DNA of 64,000 nucleotides from Pocillopora damicornis (lineage: Eukaryota), in assembly GCF_003704095.1 (NCBI RefSeq), contig NW_020846727.1, positions 372,001 through 436,000 on the forward strand, read 5' to 3'. A program made the translations under genes and the position numbers. The notes under the pieces were generated by a model, which was not told the DNA's origin, searched no databases, and was given only the letters and a program-made list of their open reading frames with translations. Below are positions 45,979 to 60,313 of this stretch, piece by piece (within the stretch, counting starts at the first letter, position 1; each line of letters begins with the position of its first letter).

Positions 45979-48900
45979 TCAAACAAGTGTACTATTGATA
46001 GGCTGAACTGAATAAACAGTTACTTTTCCTAACTGTGGATTGCAAACAGAATACTTAAAGAATGTCCAACCATGTGCAGCAGCTCCTAAAACACAGGGAA
46101 AACAATCAGAAATGTATTCTCAGGAAAGGTAATGGATTTCATGGTTCAAAATTTACAAATCAAATTTAACAATCAAAAACAGCAGAACTTACCAAACTCG
46201 CCATCCTTGTTGACTACTACCAAGCCCCCACTATACTTTGGGTAATATTTTGCTATTCGTGTAAGAGCTAGTGTTGCTGCTTCTGTTGGACTTTTACCCT
46301 GACGCATGAACTCAACTGCCTGAAAACTGCACCAAGAATAAAAGAAGAAAAAAATCCTCTCAGTTAAGTTGTGCAATTGTTAATTATTAAAGCTTAGACA
46401 AAAAGCGTAATTTCCTTCATTGGGAATAAACTGTTGGCTGATAAGAGCTAGTGGACAATGCTTAGTATGTTCTGGTAACCTAAGGAATAGCGGCCAGTGG
46501 CTGCATCAGTTCTTTCATTTTTATTTGGTTAGATTTTAAATATCAGCAATAATATAAATAGCTGGGTGCCAATATTTTCATACTGTCAACGAGCCCCTCT
46601 CCACAAAAGGTTCATTTATGACCAGGATTTAATCATTAAACCTGAAATACCTCTATTTGCAACCTGGCAAAAGTGGCCTTTTACCTCGGAAGAAATCGCA
46701 TCATGATATCTCCATCGCCTGTTGCAGCAGCACCGCCTACCTCATTATCAACGTATGCTCCAGCTCCAGCAATGGGTGAGTCTCCCACACGCCTGTGCAA
46801 CAAATAGATAAATAAAAAAAAAAGTAGTTTACTGGTAAAGTAAGACAGGAAAAGACTAAACAGCCACAGTTTTCTTGGACAACCATCTTCACTTCTAAGT
46901 GTTGGTCTGTTTAATGAGTTGATAGCAAAGAAAAAATATCAAAAGAAAGAAAAAGGAAAGGGACAATACATTTTCAGAAAAGCACTGGAAACAAACACAT
47001 GAAACTACACACTGCCACATTAAAATGCTTCTAATTACCAGTACTTTGACTCGGCTGTTCTCTTACCCGGGAATCTTGTGGTTTGCTCCATTTGTACTTG
47101 TTCCTGCAGCAATGTTCCCAACTCTGTCCACTACAATCATACCTGAAAAATTAAATATGTTATCTATATTGAGTGGAAAAACACAAAAGTTTTCAGTTAC
47201 TATCTTCCAGACTTGCATATTATTGGTCATTTATAAGCAAAAGGATCAGTCCATCAATACCAGCCCAAGTCAGGTGCAAAAAAGGCTCAATATAGGGATC
47301 TTCTCCTTACCAATTGTATCATGATTTTGCCGCCCAATGTCTGAATGTGAAGTCGGCCTTGAACTTTTCCGTTCCCTGTGGAAACCAATTATTAATTAAT
47401 ACTTAGACAATAAAGCCTATTCTTGCTCTCTGAGACTGTGGTTGACAGACAGAACATGAATTTTCACACCTTTACAGCAACATTCTAAGCTATATATGAA
47501 GGGTCTGGATATCGTAGAACATAGCACTGTTCTGAATGACTGTCATCCAGTTCAACATATACTGTTTGAACAACAGTAGTTCGGTCCCTGCTAAGGTTAA
47601 GTAAAGCTGGTTAAGCAATGAATCTTTCAGTTTGAGTGTGTTGAATTGATAAACTGTAAGCACTGTTGGTGGGTAAGAATAAACTTACCCTGTCACAGGT
47701 TTGTAAGGACCACATGACTGATGAGGATCAGGAACCACGTCCTTATAGCAAAGGAATGATAATCAGTTCTGAACAATAAGCATTTAGTTACTAGGCATCT
47801 CAGTAAGCAATACAGTCCTGACATCCGAAAGAAACTATAATCACATCTTAACTGAAGCCACATAGAGCTCTTCTAGAAATATACCACCTATATAATATGA
47901 ATACAAGATACTATTTCAAATCTCCAGTTGCCCCTGCAGCATGGTTCAAAGTGACATGCAAATGCATTAAAGAAATAAATAAATAAAACAAAGAAAAATA
48001 TTTTACCATGTCAACTTTACCTTCCAAAAGTTGGGTTGGCAATTATTCTTTTCCCAGTCTCTCCACATCTGCCTGAAAGTCATAAAATAGGGTTGTAGAC
48101 AATAAAATTGGCTGATGTAGCACTCATCTAGTTCAGTGTTGTTTTAGCTGACCCATTCCACAGCTCATCAAAGAGCAGCCAAAGTAAAAGAGAGTACAAC
48201 TTAATATGAAGCATGGTGTTAGGTTGTCAAAACAATACAGGACCCAAGATTATAAGTTTAATCAAGAAAATGCAAACCATAGAATGCAGCTTGAACTACT
48301 GACCGACACAAAAAACACAGGATTAATGCTTAACTCTCCAAAAATCTGTTGCATGTAAAAATACCATGGGCATTTGTGAAAATATTTCATCTTAATTATA
48401 TTTTCTCATTATACTTTTACCAATAACAATTACAATTTTTTTAATTGCGTTAAATACATTTCATTATTGTTTATTCATTTCATTACAATTTTTCATTGTT
48501 TTTGCCTACAGAACTGAGTGTTAGAAGCATTGTTCACATGTTATTACTCTCTAGCTTGCATACCATGAGTGGTTAGTGTGCAAGTCTTCATTTGTGAATC
48601 CCATCTGCACTGCAAACTGGGTAGCTTTTAGAAAAAACACAACATATCTATGTTAAATGAATGATTGTCTTGTTTGATGCAGTACATCGTCAATGTCATC
48701 ACTTCAAGATATCCTCTCATTATTTCACAGTGCCATAATTTCCTTACTCCACCATTCCACCTCTAGGAATGGTCTGGATTCTACTTTGTCTCCCAGAATA
48801 TTCCAAACATTTTGACAATTGGGGAGTACCCACCAAAGCAGCCTCTTTGCTAGCTCTTGCAAGAGTCACCAATTTCACCTCATCCCACTTATATGAGCAG

Positions 48901-51900
48901 TCAGAGAGTAGTACCTTATGGGATTATTTAATATCTGTATCTGTAGTCTGCCTAAAGTTGCTATTGATACAGGACTATAACTAGCACATCACCAGCAAAA
49001 GTTGGTGAAAAGCATATAAGAAGAAAAGGCTGCTCACAATGTTATCTTACCATCATCTCCTACCAAAAATGTCTCTGAGGTGTGTTCCATGACACTGCGT
49101 GCAACTGAAATGGCTCTTTTCACTCTCTTTAGACAGCCAACAGCTCCAACATCATGTGTAACACTAAAAAGGAAAAAAGTGAACCATTTGACCCCTCAAG
49201 GTGTAACACAACATAACATTACAGCCCTATATGGTGTCTGAGCTGTAAGCTGACTATATATCAGACTTACTGGCCTTAATTACTTACTATGGAAAATAAT
49301 TTTTACCTCATTAAGAAACTGCATTAAAATATGAGATATCTTAACCATGAGTTACATAAACCCTTGTAATCAACATACATATAAGTTGAGAAAATGTACC
49401 ATAACTAATTACATTGATTATTAATTTCAGTGCATTGGATTAGGTTTACAAAATGGTAATGACCAAGGGGAATCTATGACTCACACACTATTTTACTGTC
49501 ATGGCCCCACTTTGGCAAAAAGTGGGGAAAATAATGGTTAGTGGTAAATTTTTCACAGCCTTGATCAGTTTTTTGGCAAATTGAACTTTGCCACGACTAA
49601 TTCCGTTTGCTTTCTTCTATCACCAAGAGAGTCCTAAAAAGCCCTGTCTATAAATGTGGCCCCATTTGGTGTGTGAGTTGACATGCTTATACCTTTCTTT
49701 TTTCACTTGTGCATAACAAAAAAATTTAAGGGTTCCTCCTCTCCCTCAGGTCACAATCACAGTTACATGCATGTAACCAAAGATTGACTGCTAATGTTAT
49801 TAACCCCACTCATTTATGAGTTCCTCTGGCCATGGACCCATCTTTATTTCAACACCATCAAAGTTTCAAGGCAAACTTACCCATTCATAATCATGGCATC
49901 TAATGTTGTCTCTCCATCTTCATTGGGGCTGTCAACATGAACATAATAAATATCAGTTATAGACATTTTTCTTGTGGTAAACCATGAAAAACGTAGAGTA
50001 AAAGCCACACATAATTTTGGCACACTGGGTGGACAAAAAATCTGAGGTGTGGCTCACAAATGAAACTCAATGTAGCTTGGGTTTCATGGACCTCACTGTG
50101 ATTGATTAGTCATGGTGCAAAAAATGTTTATGAAAGAACACAGAAAAAAAGACTAAAGGTATGTTGCTGATGATCTCTTCTTCAGTTAACAAATGTGGTT
50201 TTGGCCATATTCCTACATCACTCTTTTCATCTCTTCATTGTCACCTTTAATGCCTACAAAGAGATGTTAACAGTTTAAGTCTTAATCACCCTTGATAATT
50301 TTGCAAGACTAATGGAATTTAAATTGGAAGTTTAAATTAAAGTTATTCACTTTAAATTTCATATCTTCCCAAAATGGATACAAATATTCAAAATGTCAAA
50401 ATCAGGCTTGTTAAGAGTAATCATATCGTCAGAGTAAACATAAACATTTGCAGAACTTCAGACTCACCTAGCAGTGTCCATTACTAACATCAGCCTATAT
50501 TTTTATGAACTAACCTTCCACCAAACCCTACAGTGCCATCACATTGCTCCATTTCACACACTGTGCATCCAGATTCAACCGCATCCAGCGCACTTCCTTT
50601 GTCACTTGAAATAACATGCCAAGCTATTCAAAATTGAATAAATACAAAGGCAAGTTTTGCATTCAAATTGCTATCCAGTTTATAGATAACTCAACGCATA
50701 TTATGTGGGATAATTTCTGATGACCAATTACTAAAATAAAAAATGTGCTGCATTTTTTCAAAGACCTAATTTATTATAAACATGTAAAAAATGATGAACA
50801 GATAACAAAAGCAGTTAAATGAGTAAATTAATGTGTACATATGATTATACCCAGTCATAAAAATACAACATATTACAATATAGAAAATATTCATTAAATG
50901 ACACTATTACATGTTATTTCTTTGGTTGATTCCTTTCTTGTGTTTGCATGACCAAAATATGTTTCTGTGACATGCATTTTTAATATATTCTGTGAATACA
51001 TGAGTGTTAATCAGTAAATGTTTTTTAACAGTTTTTGAAAAAAATTGTTCCAAAAGTATTCTTCTAGTAGTCTGTGTGTATGTCATATTGATTGCATTGG
51101 CTACTGCATTCTCTATCCAAGACAGGAAGATGGGTCTGCAACACTTTCTTGTGGCCTATTATGGAGTATCCCAATTTCTACATGCATTTCGTGTAGAATA
51201 AACACTCTCCCAGAGGCTTGTGTGTAGACAGAGAAGAAGCAAGTGACTGGTGGAATACTTCATGAATACTAGAAAGGAAGACATCTTAGATCAAATGCCT
51301 CCTGATTTCAGATTGCCAGAGGTTGAAATATCAAAAACATGTCAAAGAATGGCACAGTTGCATCAAGTAGAAGAATCACAAAAACAACAATCTTTGTTGG
51401 CAATGAAACTTCAGTTCATTTCAGTCAAGTTTGATTGTGTGAGTAAGATCTAAATCTTGAAAAGCAAGTTTGTTTCGCAGTTTCTCCTCTTGTATCTTGT
51501 TTCAAACAAAGCTGTAAAATATGCAAACTCTCAATTCATCTGACAGAAATTGGAGTGCATAGTACACTGACATCATCTAGTGAAGGAGCACCATGAAAGG
51601 AATTAACCCTTTACACCCTAACATTTGTATGCATATTTTCTATGCTGTTTTCTCCACATTTCCTGTGGCACTAACAAGGAGAATTTGTTTAACAATCAAG
51701 AGCTTCTTTGGTTGGTGATCATTTCCTTTATTCTTGTGACCTTAGTGTGTGATTCAGGGGTGATATTGTAAGGAGAAATTAGACAGTAGCAGGGCTGTAG
51801 GGAGGAATGGTGCATTCACACCCCCCTGGGCTAGGAAAGTTTGTTTACCACATACTGTCAATTCAAAAGCAACTTCAGAATGCAGTCTCAGGTAGTCTCA

Positions 51901-54005
51901 TGCTCCTGGACCCCAAAGAATCTTTTGTCTCTGGTGTAGAAAATTCCTGCCTTTGCCCTCCCCCCTTACATGTGAAAAAACTTGTCTATGGGCCTGGCTA
52001 GTCACTTAGTATGGCGTCCAAGGATTAATTAGGGAAGTTACAACTTACTAATTATTTTCACACAAGGGGAGAGAAATGCAAACATATTGAGAGCCACAAA
52101 ACATCATTTGGTGGTTTAGATTAAAGCCAACCATTATACCATGATGTTTGAAAGGAGAGTATTTTGAAGGATGGATTGAAACTTGTCAATTTTCTTGCTC
52201 TCAGCATGAGGCTTCCAAGCTCAGTTGGTAGTAGCTCCCAACTAATATCTTGGAGGCACTGGTTCAAATCTCTTCAAAGCCTGATTTTTTTCAGGCTTAT
52301 CTTCTGCAATCACTTAAACTGCAGTCCACCAGCAATGGTAATTTATTTGCTCACTTGTTGAGTTCTGTTCACACCCCTTTGTTTCTTTGTTATATCTGTC
52401 TTTTTTGTCAATCAAACATCGAAATGTGACAATAATTTGTTAATTCCCTTGAAAGGTTGGTACTTTGACACCAAAAGTTGAGACTTGACTGACATACCAT
52501 ATTTTCACAAATAAGTACCAGCACTCTAATAAGAAACCTCCCACAAATGAGCAGCCCACCCCTTGGGCCATAGTTTCAAACAAGTGCCCCCATTAAAAAC
52601 CGCCTCCCCTTGGCCTCTTCCCTCACTTACTTAAATAGTAGGGATACAAGAAAAACATGTCTCTAATTTGCCACTTTATGTATAACTACTTAAGCTTCAA
52701 CTGTAGCCACATCAGTACAAGGCAATATGTTCTTCTCTATTGCAGTTATTTCTATCTCCATGTGCTCATTGAGTTCTATATATGTGTTATCTGTTCTTTT
52801 AATTTTTGTCCTATTGCTGCACAATTGAGCTTCCTCCTTCCAATTAGCACCCCCCCCTCCCTCCCAAGTGCTTATTTAAGGAGCTATGGTCACTGAGCAT
52901 TCTTCTCAGGTCAAAAATTTATCAGAGATATAACCATGCCTGTATAAAAAAAATATTTTTCTTTTCCAACCATAAATATGAATTCTAATGGATGTTTGAC
53001 TGTAGATGTTCGGCTAGATCTTGAAGTATATTCATTTATGGGTTTTGATGATGCAAAATTTTGCAGAAAGCAACTTGGCTTTTGTCAGGAGTCACTGAAG
53101 GGCAAATGGATCAACCCTTGAATTTATTAAAATAATAAGTAGCATGTCAGGGATATTCTGCCAACTACTACATTTGTTAAACTATTTGATCAATATCATT
53201 GCAAAACAAAGCACTATTGTTGAAGTCTCTTTCTCTGGATTTCTAAAAACTTTTAACACGTTTTGATTAAGGAGCACCCCCCTGGCTATATACACACTTT
53301 TTTATGTTGCAATAGACTACTATATCGATCTTTGCTTTAATTTGATGGAAGTTTCATGCAGTTTCATAAACATCTGTAATTTGGTGAAAATCACCCTGGT
53401 TTTCCCATGTGTAGACTGATCAATATTCATGATATCAACATGTTTTTTTTTCCATTTGACGGTTTGAGTTTGAGTTCCTTTTGCCATATTTGTTCATTCT
53501 TCTAATTTTGAAATATACCAATAAAAGTTTGCTCTCATTTGATGTAAGTTTCATGGGAAGGATAAACATAACGCCTGAGTCAAATCGCCACCGGTGGCGA
53601 TTTGACTGTCAGTGGTGGGGAGTCAGGTGGGGGCGAGTTTGGTGGTGGCAAATAATGACTATAAACACTTGAAATGTTGTGAGAATAGCTAAAAATTCTT
53701 TGAATTACTCAAATTTGATTTTTGATCTTCGATTTACTTTTTAGTTCTGCCAACCTTCTAAGTGGATCACTGCTTCAGTTATACAGTAAGCTTATAGTGC
53801 TCGAATAATTAAGCTTGTCGATTGTATGCTTGAGCCTCTTTCATATCCTACCTTCAGCTGTTGCATTTGTAAAAGGCCATGTATTTATCACAACTGGGAG
53901 ACTCTTGGGGGTCGAAGTTTCACCATATTTAAAAATTTGTCCTTCCACAAACAAAAATAAAACTAAAATTACTACTTGACAATATCGACCTGACACTTCC
54001 TCCAT
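45979..54005 (-). CDS. AGA: N(4)-(beta-N-acetylglucosaminyl)-L-asparaginase (aspartylglucosaminidase), 12 exons
   Basis: Exons (-): 54005-53852, 50623-50515, 49928-49881, 49163-49051, 48624-48564, 48072-48021, 47741-47689, 47375-47311, 47142-47067, 46792-46685, 46326-46193, 46085-45979. Motifs: [51 protein letters not shown]|TIGM autocleavage site, [39 protein letters not shown]. Confidence 0.97.
51603..52028. mobile_element. TTAA-bounded MITE-like element with an apparent nested insertion; relative at 58838-59042
   Basis: Starts ttaaccctttacacc and ends aaggattaa. Shares ggagaattt../aaggagaaatt blocks with 58838-59042. Segment ~51789-51996 is bounded by cagggctgtag...ctatgggcctg. Confidence 0.45.
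52215..52350 (+). mobile_element. tRNA-headed SINE-like remnant in AGA intron 1
   Basis: A-box-like AGCTCAGTTGGTAG and B-box-like GGTTCAAATC, followed by aagcctgatttttttcaggctt. No closed cloverleaf. Confidence 0.55.
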
Positions 54006-54254
54006 AATGGCTTTAATCGAACCAATCTTCCCACGGTCGATCACTTCTGCTGCATTCACGCTTTGCATGCCTACAATCTAATATAGTTTTTTTTCGTTTT
54101 CTGTTTGAAAGCGTTTTCCTTTTTTTGTCCCTCTTTCTTATCCTTTTTTTGATATAAGATTAATATTTACTTTCCTTCGTACTTGAAGCAAAGTGAATAA
54201 ATTCAACATTAATTACGATGAAGGACGAAAGCGAAACTGAAAACAAAACAAAAG

Positions 54255-54400
54255 AATCTGCTTACGTGTACCGCTTACATAATTGGCTAATCTTATTGAC
54301 CAATGATAAAATGGGATCTGGGTCGAACTAACCAATCGAGACCCTCAAAACAATATGAACTGAAACTTGGCGCCCAAAAATCAATCTTTTTGTTTACATC
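54255..54400. promoter_or_regulatory. Candidate bidirectional promoter between AGA and the cyclin gene
   Basis: ATTGG 54282-54286, CCAAT 54300-54304 and 54332-54336, E2F-like TTGGCGC 54367-54373 and forkhead-type TTGTTTAC 54390-54397. The region lies between the AGA ATG (54005, -) and a + strand leader with donor ag|gtacgt near 54546. Confidence 0.5.
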
Positions 54401-57400
54401 GACTCGACTGTTATTATCATGGAACTATGAAGTTGGGTGTGTAAGCACAGTAGTGATAATCATACCTATGAACCTTTAGAAACTGCTTCTCTTCTTCTCG
54501 TCGTTCAGTTGTACTGTTATAGAAGTCCTGGAAACGCACAAATGAGGTACGTAGAATACTTGCACTGACCTAAGCGCATTTTCATCATACTAATATGGCG
54601 ACTAAATTTCCCAATACTTGACAGCTGAATTTCGTTCTCTTCCCGAACACAGTAGTTTTACCGTAGTCGATGAAATAGAGAAGCAATCAGACGCAAGCTT
54701 TTCATGAATTTATTTGTTGCATTAAAGTTCATTTCGCCGGTAAGAGAATTTAATACACGGCTGAATTGGCATTTTTTTCGCCGATTTCGAAACGTCTCGA
54801 AGATCAAATCTCCATTGTGTTTATGTTTTTTTTGTCATACCTTGGTAACAATCAATTCAAGTTTCACCCTTTGAAATACGAAAACTGGCGTCGATTTTTG
54901 CTATAAGTCAGCACAGACTTGTTCACCATACGTTCATACTCGTATGAAGAAATGATGGAGCTCAATTTGCAGAGCCGGGGACGCCGATCTATTTATGTCT
55001 TTGTTGCTCTGGCGTATTCAGCTATCCTAGCTTGTGTTGTCGACTTAAGCATTTTATTTTGATTTCTGTTGCTCATGGTTTAAGCGTTAAATAATAGTAT
55101 TGGAGTGGTGAGTCTTTAAAAAACGTTCATTTTTTAGTCATGGAGAACCGTCTACGATCGAACTGACAAGATTCTCCAAAACATGTATCTGTAAATTCTG
55201 AAATGCTTAATTATAAAACCGTTACGTAGTTGATGTTCCTGTGGTCATTGCTCCTCTGGTAACATTTATTTATGCCGGGGTGATCAGAAACTTTGATTCT
55301 CTAAAATGAATGATGAGATCTTCACTTCAATTTTCATTTTAAAAACCCTCAGTGCGTACGTAGGTCAAGGAAAATTTTTGAAATACGAGATTCTTGTTCA
55401 ATATCAAGGTTCAAATGATATTGAGGCTAAAAGGTCACAGGAAATGTATGTTTGACTTATATGGATGTGTTTGTTAGTCAACTTTTCAAGTGCCTTGTGG
55501 CTGTTTCACTTTTAAGAGCTTACATGTAGTTACACGTATTTGAAATTAGTTTCAAGAAGTAGCATTTACGACATGAAATAATTTGTAAAGCATGCCAGTG
55601 AGGAAAATTAGGGAAAAAATGATCGGTCCCCATCTCTGCTGAGTTTATTATGTGTGCATCTAGGCTACTTCTCTAATTCTTCTAATTACCATTAGCAGTT
55701 TGAAATGAACAGTTAAAGTGAGATCAGTTGAAGGCTGGGACCTCCTGGGTGGAGCATGGGGATATTCATAATATAACGTTTAGGCTAGTTTTACTGATAT
55801 TTAGAGACAAAAGACATTATTTGACATAGTATTTATTTTAGAAAATAATGAAAATATTCCCCAAAAGATTGAATTTGAAAGGAACAGAGCTAGCTAAGTT
55901 ACTGAGCATATGTGAAAACCATATCTACAAAATTGCAGAATAGATACTTGAAAAGTTTGTTTTAAATCAATATATAGATATGAAGTACTCAATTCCAAAT
56001 TTAAAAGATAATTAAAAAGAACGATAGAAGAAGAAATTTGGTGCAGTGATAGTAACTTTCATTTCTTGTAGACTAAGTTAAGGTTTGTCTACAAGAATGA
56101 TTCACTGTTATAGTGAACAGAGATATATGCTAAGAAAAGCACTTCTTCACTAAAGATGATGACTACTAGGAAGAGCAGTGTTGAAGTTGTCATGTATGTA
56201 AAAGAATAAATTTTTAGGATGGTAATGAAGTAGAGAAAGATGTTATTCAATGCATTGTTACAAGCACGAGACAAAGAAAAAAAATTCTGAGTGCCTGTGA
56301 GGAATTGAACCTCAATCTTCTTGTTTTAAAATCACAATGTAGTCTCAAATCCAACTTTTGTGCAAAAATCTGGGAAATGTAATTTTTGACATTGAAACTT
56401 TCAAGAATGGAGGATTATAGCTCTTAAGCCACAAAAAACATCTCAGGCCTAACTTAGGCAAGCCATGTTGTAGCTTCCAGGACAAGTTCTGCTCTAGAGT
56501 GCTCAAGGAAAGATCCTGAGAATAAATTGTTCAGTATGGATATTGTGTAAACAAATATTTAATGATAACATATTTGTACAGGACAGCCCTTCAGTAGATA
56601 AGTAATGTCATGAAAGGGATGCTTAGTTTTCTACAAATGCCCAAATCCACTCCTGACTAATTATGAAATATGTGTAAAACTTTGTATTACATGATTGGTT
56701 GATTATTTGCCCATTGATTTAAAAAAGGGAAAAGCATTGACCAGATTTTTTGTCAAAGTTTGCCACATTGCTTTCAACTCTTGGTATCTTAGGAAAGCTG
56801 TTTAAGTGTTTAGAAGCAACAGTATTTCCAATCATGCTTCAATGTGGTAGAATAGTTTTCAGAATTTCTTCATCCCACATGTATTTTTGCAAGTTCAACA
56901 TTTATATGCAGTTATATCTTTCCTATAAACAGGAATTGTGTGTGGCTGACTGAACTTGCAAAATTAGTGAACTAATAAATTTAAGGTAAGCAAAAAAAAA
57001 AAAGGACACAAGTTCTTCTTTGTTATCTGTGACCCTAAGCAATGTCTGTTTTGTTTGTTGTTCAGTAAAAGTGATTTGGTAAATTGTAAATTTCAAACAA
57101 AACTCGACATTTTACACTGTATAGACACCAAAATACTGTTATAAATACTACTGAATAGGTCTCATTCACAGCTGTCCTTTTGTCTTATACACAATAGGCC
57201 CTTTCTGTTAAGTAGAGAGTATGCATTTCCTAACATCACTTAACAACCACCGCAAAGGGGACTACAGCTTTACATAGTCATTATAGAAATTATCAGAGAC
57301 AACTTTTTTCTAATTTCTGGCATACATATCTGTTATCACTTTATAAAGTGAGGTGCTTTGGTCTTTAAAATATTGATGACATATTGAAAGGTTTTTTGTT

Positions 57401-57431
57401 TTTTTTTCCAATAATTTTTACCAATTTTCAG

Positions 57432-60313
57432 ATGATAGTTTCCTGTGGGTTGAATGTCAGCAAACTGCTCAAAGTGCTAAATGAGGGGCTTCTGAAAGAA
57501 GAGACACACCTTGCTCCCCTCATGTGCTTGGCTGGAAATGAGGTTTGTAAATGCACATTTATCAATCAAATATTGTAGTAGGTCATGTGTAAATTATTAT
57601 TTTTGTAATTTTCCTTTTAGGAGAAAATGTAACTGAATACTGTGACTAGAACTTTTGGCAAATTTTCATGTGTAATTGCAGACCTTTAAACAGAATGGCA
57701 GAAATTGTTTGTAAGTCAGAGGGTTCATAATTGGTCTCATCTGAATTTTATAGTTAAACTGGTACAAAATGAATGTGTGCAGAAGGATTGTTTCAGGATG
57801 AACAAGTCATTAATGCAGAGGGTTCAATGTCATGATATAATAACAAGACATGCAAAAGGTACTCAACATTTGTTGTCTTTTTTCCTGCTAGGATTCAGAT
57901 GGAATCAGTCTTTCCAACCGAGACAACAGCACAGTTTTTATACTCAATTTGAGCAGGCATTGTGGATTTCACTCAGAGACATTCTCCCTTTCTGTAAATT
58001 TGCTTGACCGTTTCTTATCAGTTGTAAAGGTGAGTTATTTGTTGCTGTGTACTGTGTTCATGTAGATATCTCTCCTATAGAATGCTTAAGATGTAGAAGT
58101 TTAAGCAATTAAATTTGATAAATTCAGGGATACCTTGAATTAACAGTATGTGTCTATATTTGAATATACCGTCATGTAATTTCTTTTCTTATCATTTTCA
58201 AAATTACAAAAGAAATGGTGTACAATTTAATGGAATTGAAATGTCCAATTTTTATTTAAAAAATTACAGCAATGCAATTTATGAATATGCTATCAAGTAA
58301 AAGATAAGTTTGAAATCCATCAATTACTTTTTCAAAAATTAAATGTCTAAGTTGTTTAAGATGTGCTAAGTTGTATTTTCAAGATATGAAGAGTTTTTTT
58401 AATAGAGGTTTTCATGATCATACTTATCTTTATCTTTACATGAAGGCCAACCCTAAGTATCTTCCATGTATCAGTATTTGCTGTCTGTTCCTTGCTGTTA
58501 AGATGTGTGAAGAGGATGAGGTACTAAGCTTTTGTCATTATCCTTTTAGCTAAGGTGTTTAATTAGCAGTAAATGTTGTGTTGATGATTTAGTATGTAAC
58601 TGTACCAAGAGTTAAAAACAATTTTGAATTAATAAACCATAGTCACCAACAAGAAATCAGTCATTCCCTGTTCAAGTTTTTCGCCCATAGTTATACAATG
58701 TACAATGTGTGTGCTTTTGTAGGAGTACATGTAGTTAACAAGCAAATTGCTGTGTTGAACTTCTTTAAGACAAATGGTTAACAACACTAACATTTGTTTC
58801 AGCTCCTTCTGTTTATGTAAACAGGGAATGAATCTTGTTAACCTTTTAATGCCTGAGATCTCATTAGTAATTCTCCTTACTGTCTGCTATGCAATTCCTG
58901 TGATGCTAGTTCTCAGAATTTGGTACTGGGTCAACTAGAAAATCCTCAAATTTACATTTTGATAATTCTTATCACCTGTCTGATTGACATTGTATTGATA
59001 TCATAAGGAGAAATTCTGTCTTGGTCACTAATGAGAGTTAAATTGATTTGACGAGGAGCACTGTATGCTTTAACTGTGCAGGTGAACCCTAAACTGAGGA
59101 TACTTGCACACAAATGCATGTATGTAAACACATATGGTAAAACTGCTTGATGATATTCCATTTTTTGTTTAATTTTCTCTGCTAGGATGTTCCTACAGCT
59201 GCTGATTTGGTCAAAGTTAGTGGACTTAACTTTTCTTCATCAGATCTGCTACGAATGGAACGAATCATTCTTGATAAACTTAACTGGAATCTGAATGCTT
59301 CAACTCCTTTATATTTCCTGCAGGTGGTAAGTAAAGTAACATTTGTTTGAAATGTTTATGGGTGCATACCTAAATAATAATATACAATTGATAACCTACA
59401 GACAATATGCAAGCTTAAATGTCTAATGTCTTCTTTCAGTTTCATGCCTTGTGTGTTTCAAAAGGATTTCTAGACCACTGTCCAGTGAACCATCATTTAC
59501 AGCATATCACCTCGCTCTTAGAAGATCTCCTTTGCTGTCATAAGTTTATGTTTTTCAAGGTAATTATATAATAATGGAAATTAATACCCTCACCACAACT
59601 TTAATGTAAAGATGATACAGGAGCACCTTAAACTAGAGTCATATGAATCCATTGAGATTGAAAGTTTGGATAAAAAATAACATTTAACACTTTGATAGAG
59701 CTTTTGACTAGTAGGAAAATACTACTAAGCAGGTCACTAAATTCTGATTTAAAATTTAAAATCTCTTTATTTTTTAGCCATCAACATTAGCACTGGCCTT
59801 GTTGAGTTGTGAATTGATGTATGTCAGCAGCAACTGGCTCCTGGCAACGCATTTTCTACAAGAACAGGCAAAGGTAATAGTGTTCAACTATATATACTGG
59901 AGTTAAAGATCTTTGGATGGCTAACAGAACTGATTACTTAAAAATGTATATGTTGGCTAGAGGCACCCATACCCACCATTTTGATGTTTTAAGAGTACAG
60001 ATCTTAAAAATTGAACATATTGCTTTGAACACAAAGAAAAAATTGTACCGTCCTGTTCGCTATCCCATAGCACAAGTTTGAATAGCATTTATCAGCTTAA
60101 AAAGGTAGTTTTTCATGTTCAATTAATTGCTGATTATTTTGCTTTTCTCTTGTTTCTTTAACATGGCAGATTCCTGATGCTGAACTTTGGCAGTGTTGTA
60201 AACTACTTAATGACCACTTCAAGTCTATTTCAAAAAGTCACTCAATCAAAATGAAGACACTGACATTAAGTGATAGACAAGATCCCTCATTCCCTGCTTT
60301 GATAGGGAACTAA
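57432..60313 (+). CDS. Cyclin I/G family protein (closest in motifs to cyclin I), 7 coding exons
   Basis: Exons 57432-57542, 57892-58029, 58446-58520, 59186-59326, 59440-59559, 59778-59873, 60170-60313, with all introns phase 0. Motifs: ETFSLSVNLLDRFLSVVKANPKYLPCISICCLFLAVKMCEEDE, SSSDLLRMERIILDKLNWNL...TPLYFL, PSTLALALLSCE. Confidence 0.93.

Noticed and set aside
52215-52290. Possible tRNA gene
   Set aside because: A and B boxes are present, but there is no acceptor stem or cloverleaf and it runs into a repeat tail; better read as a SINE relic.
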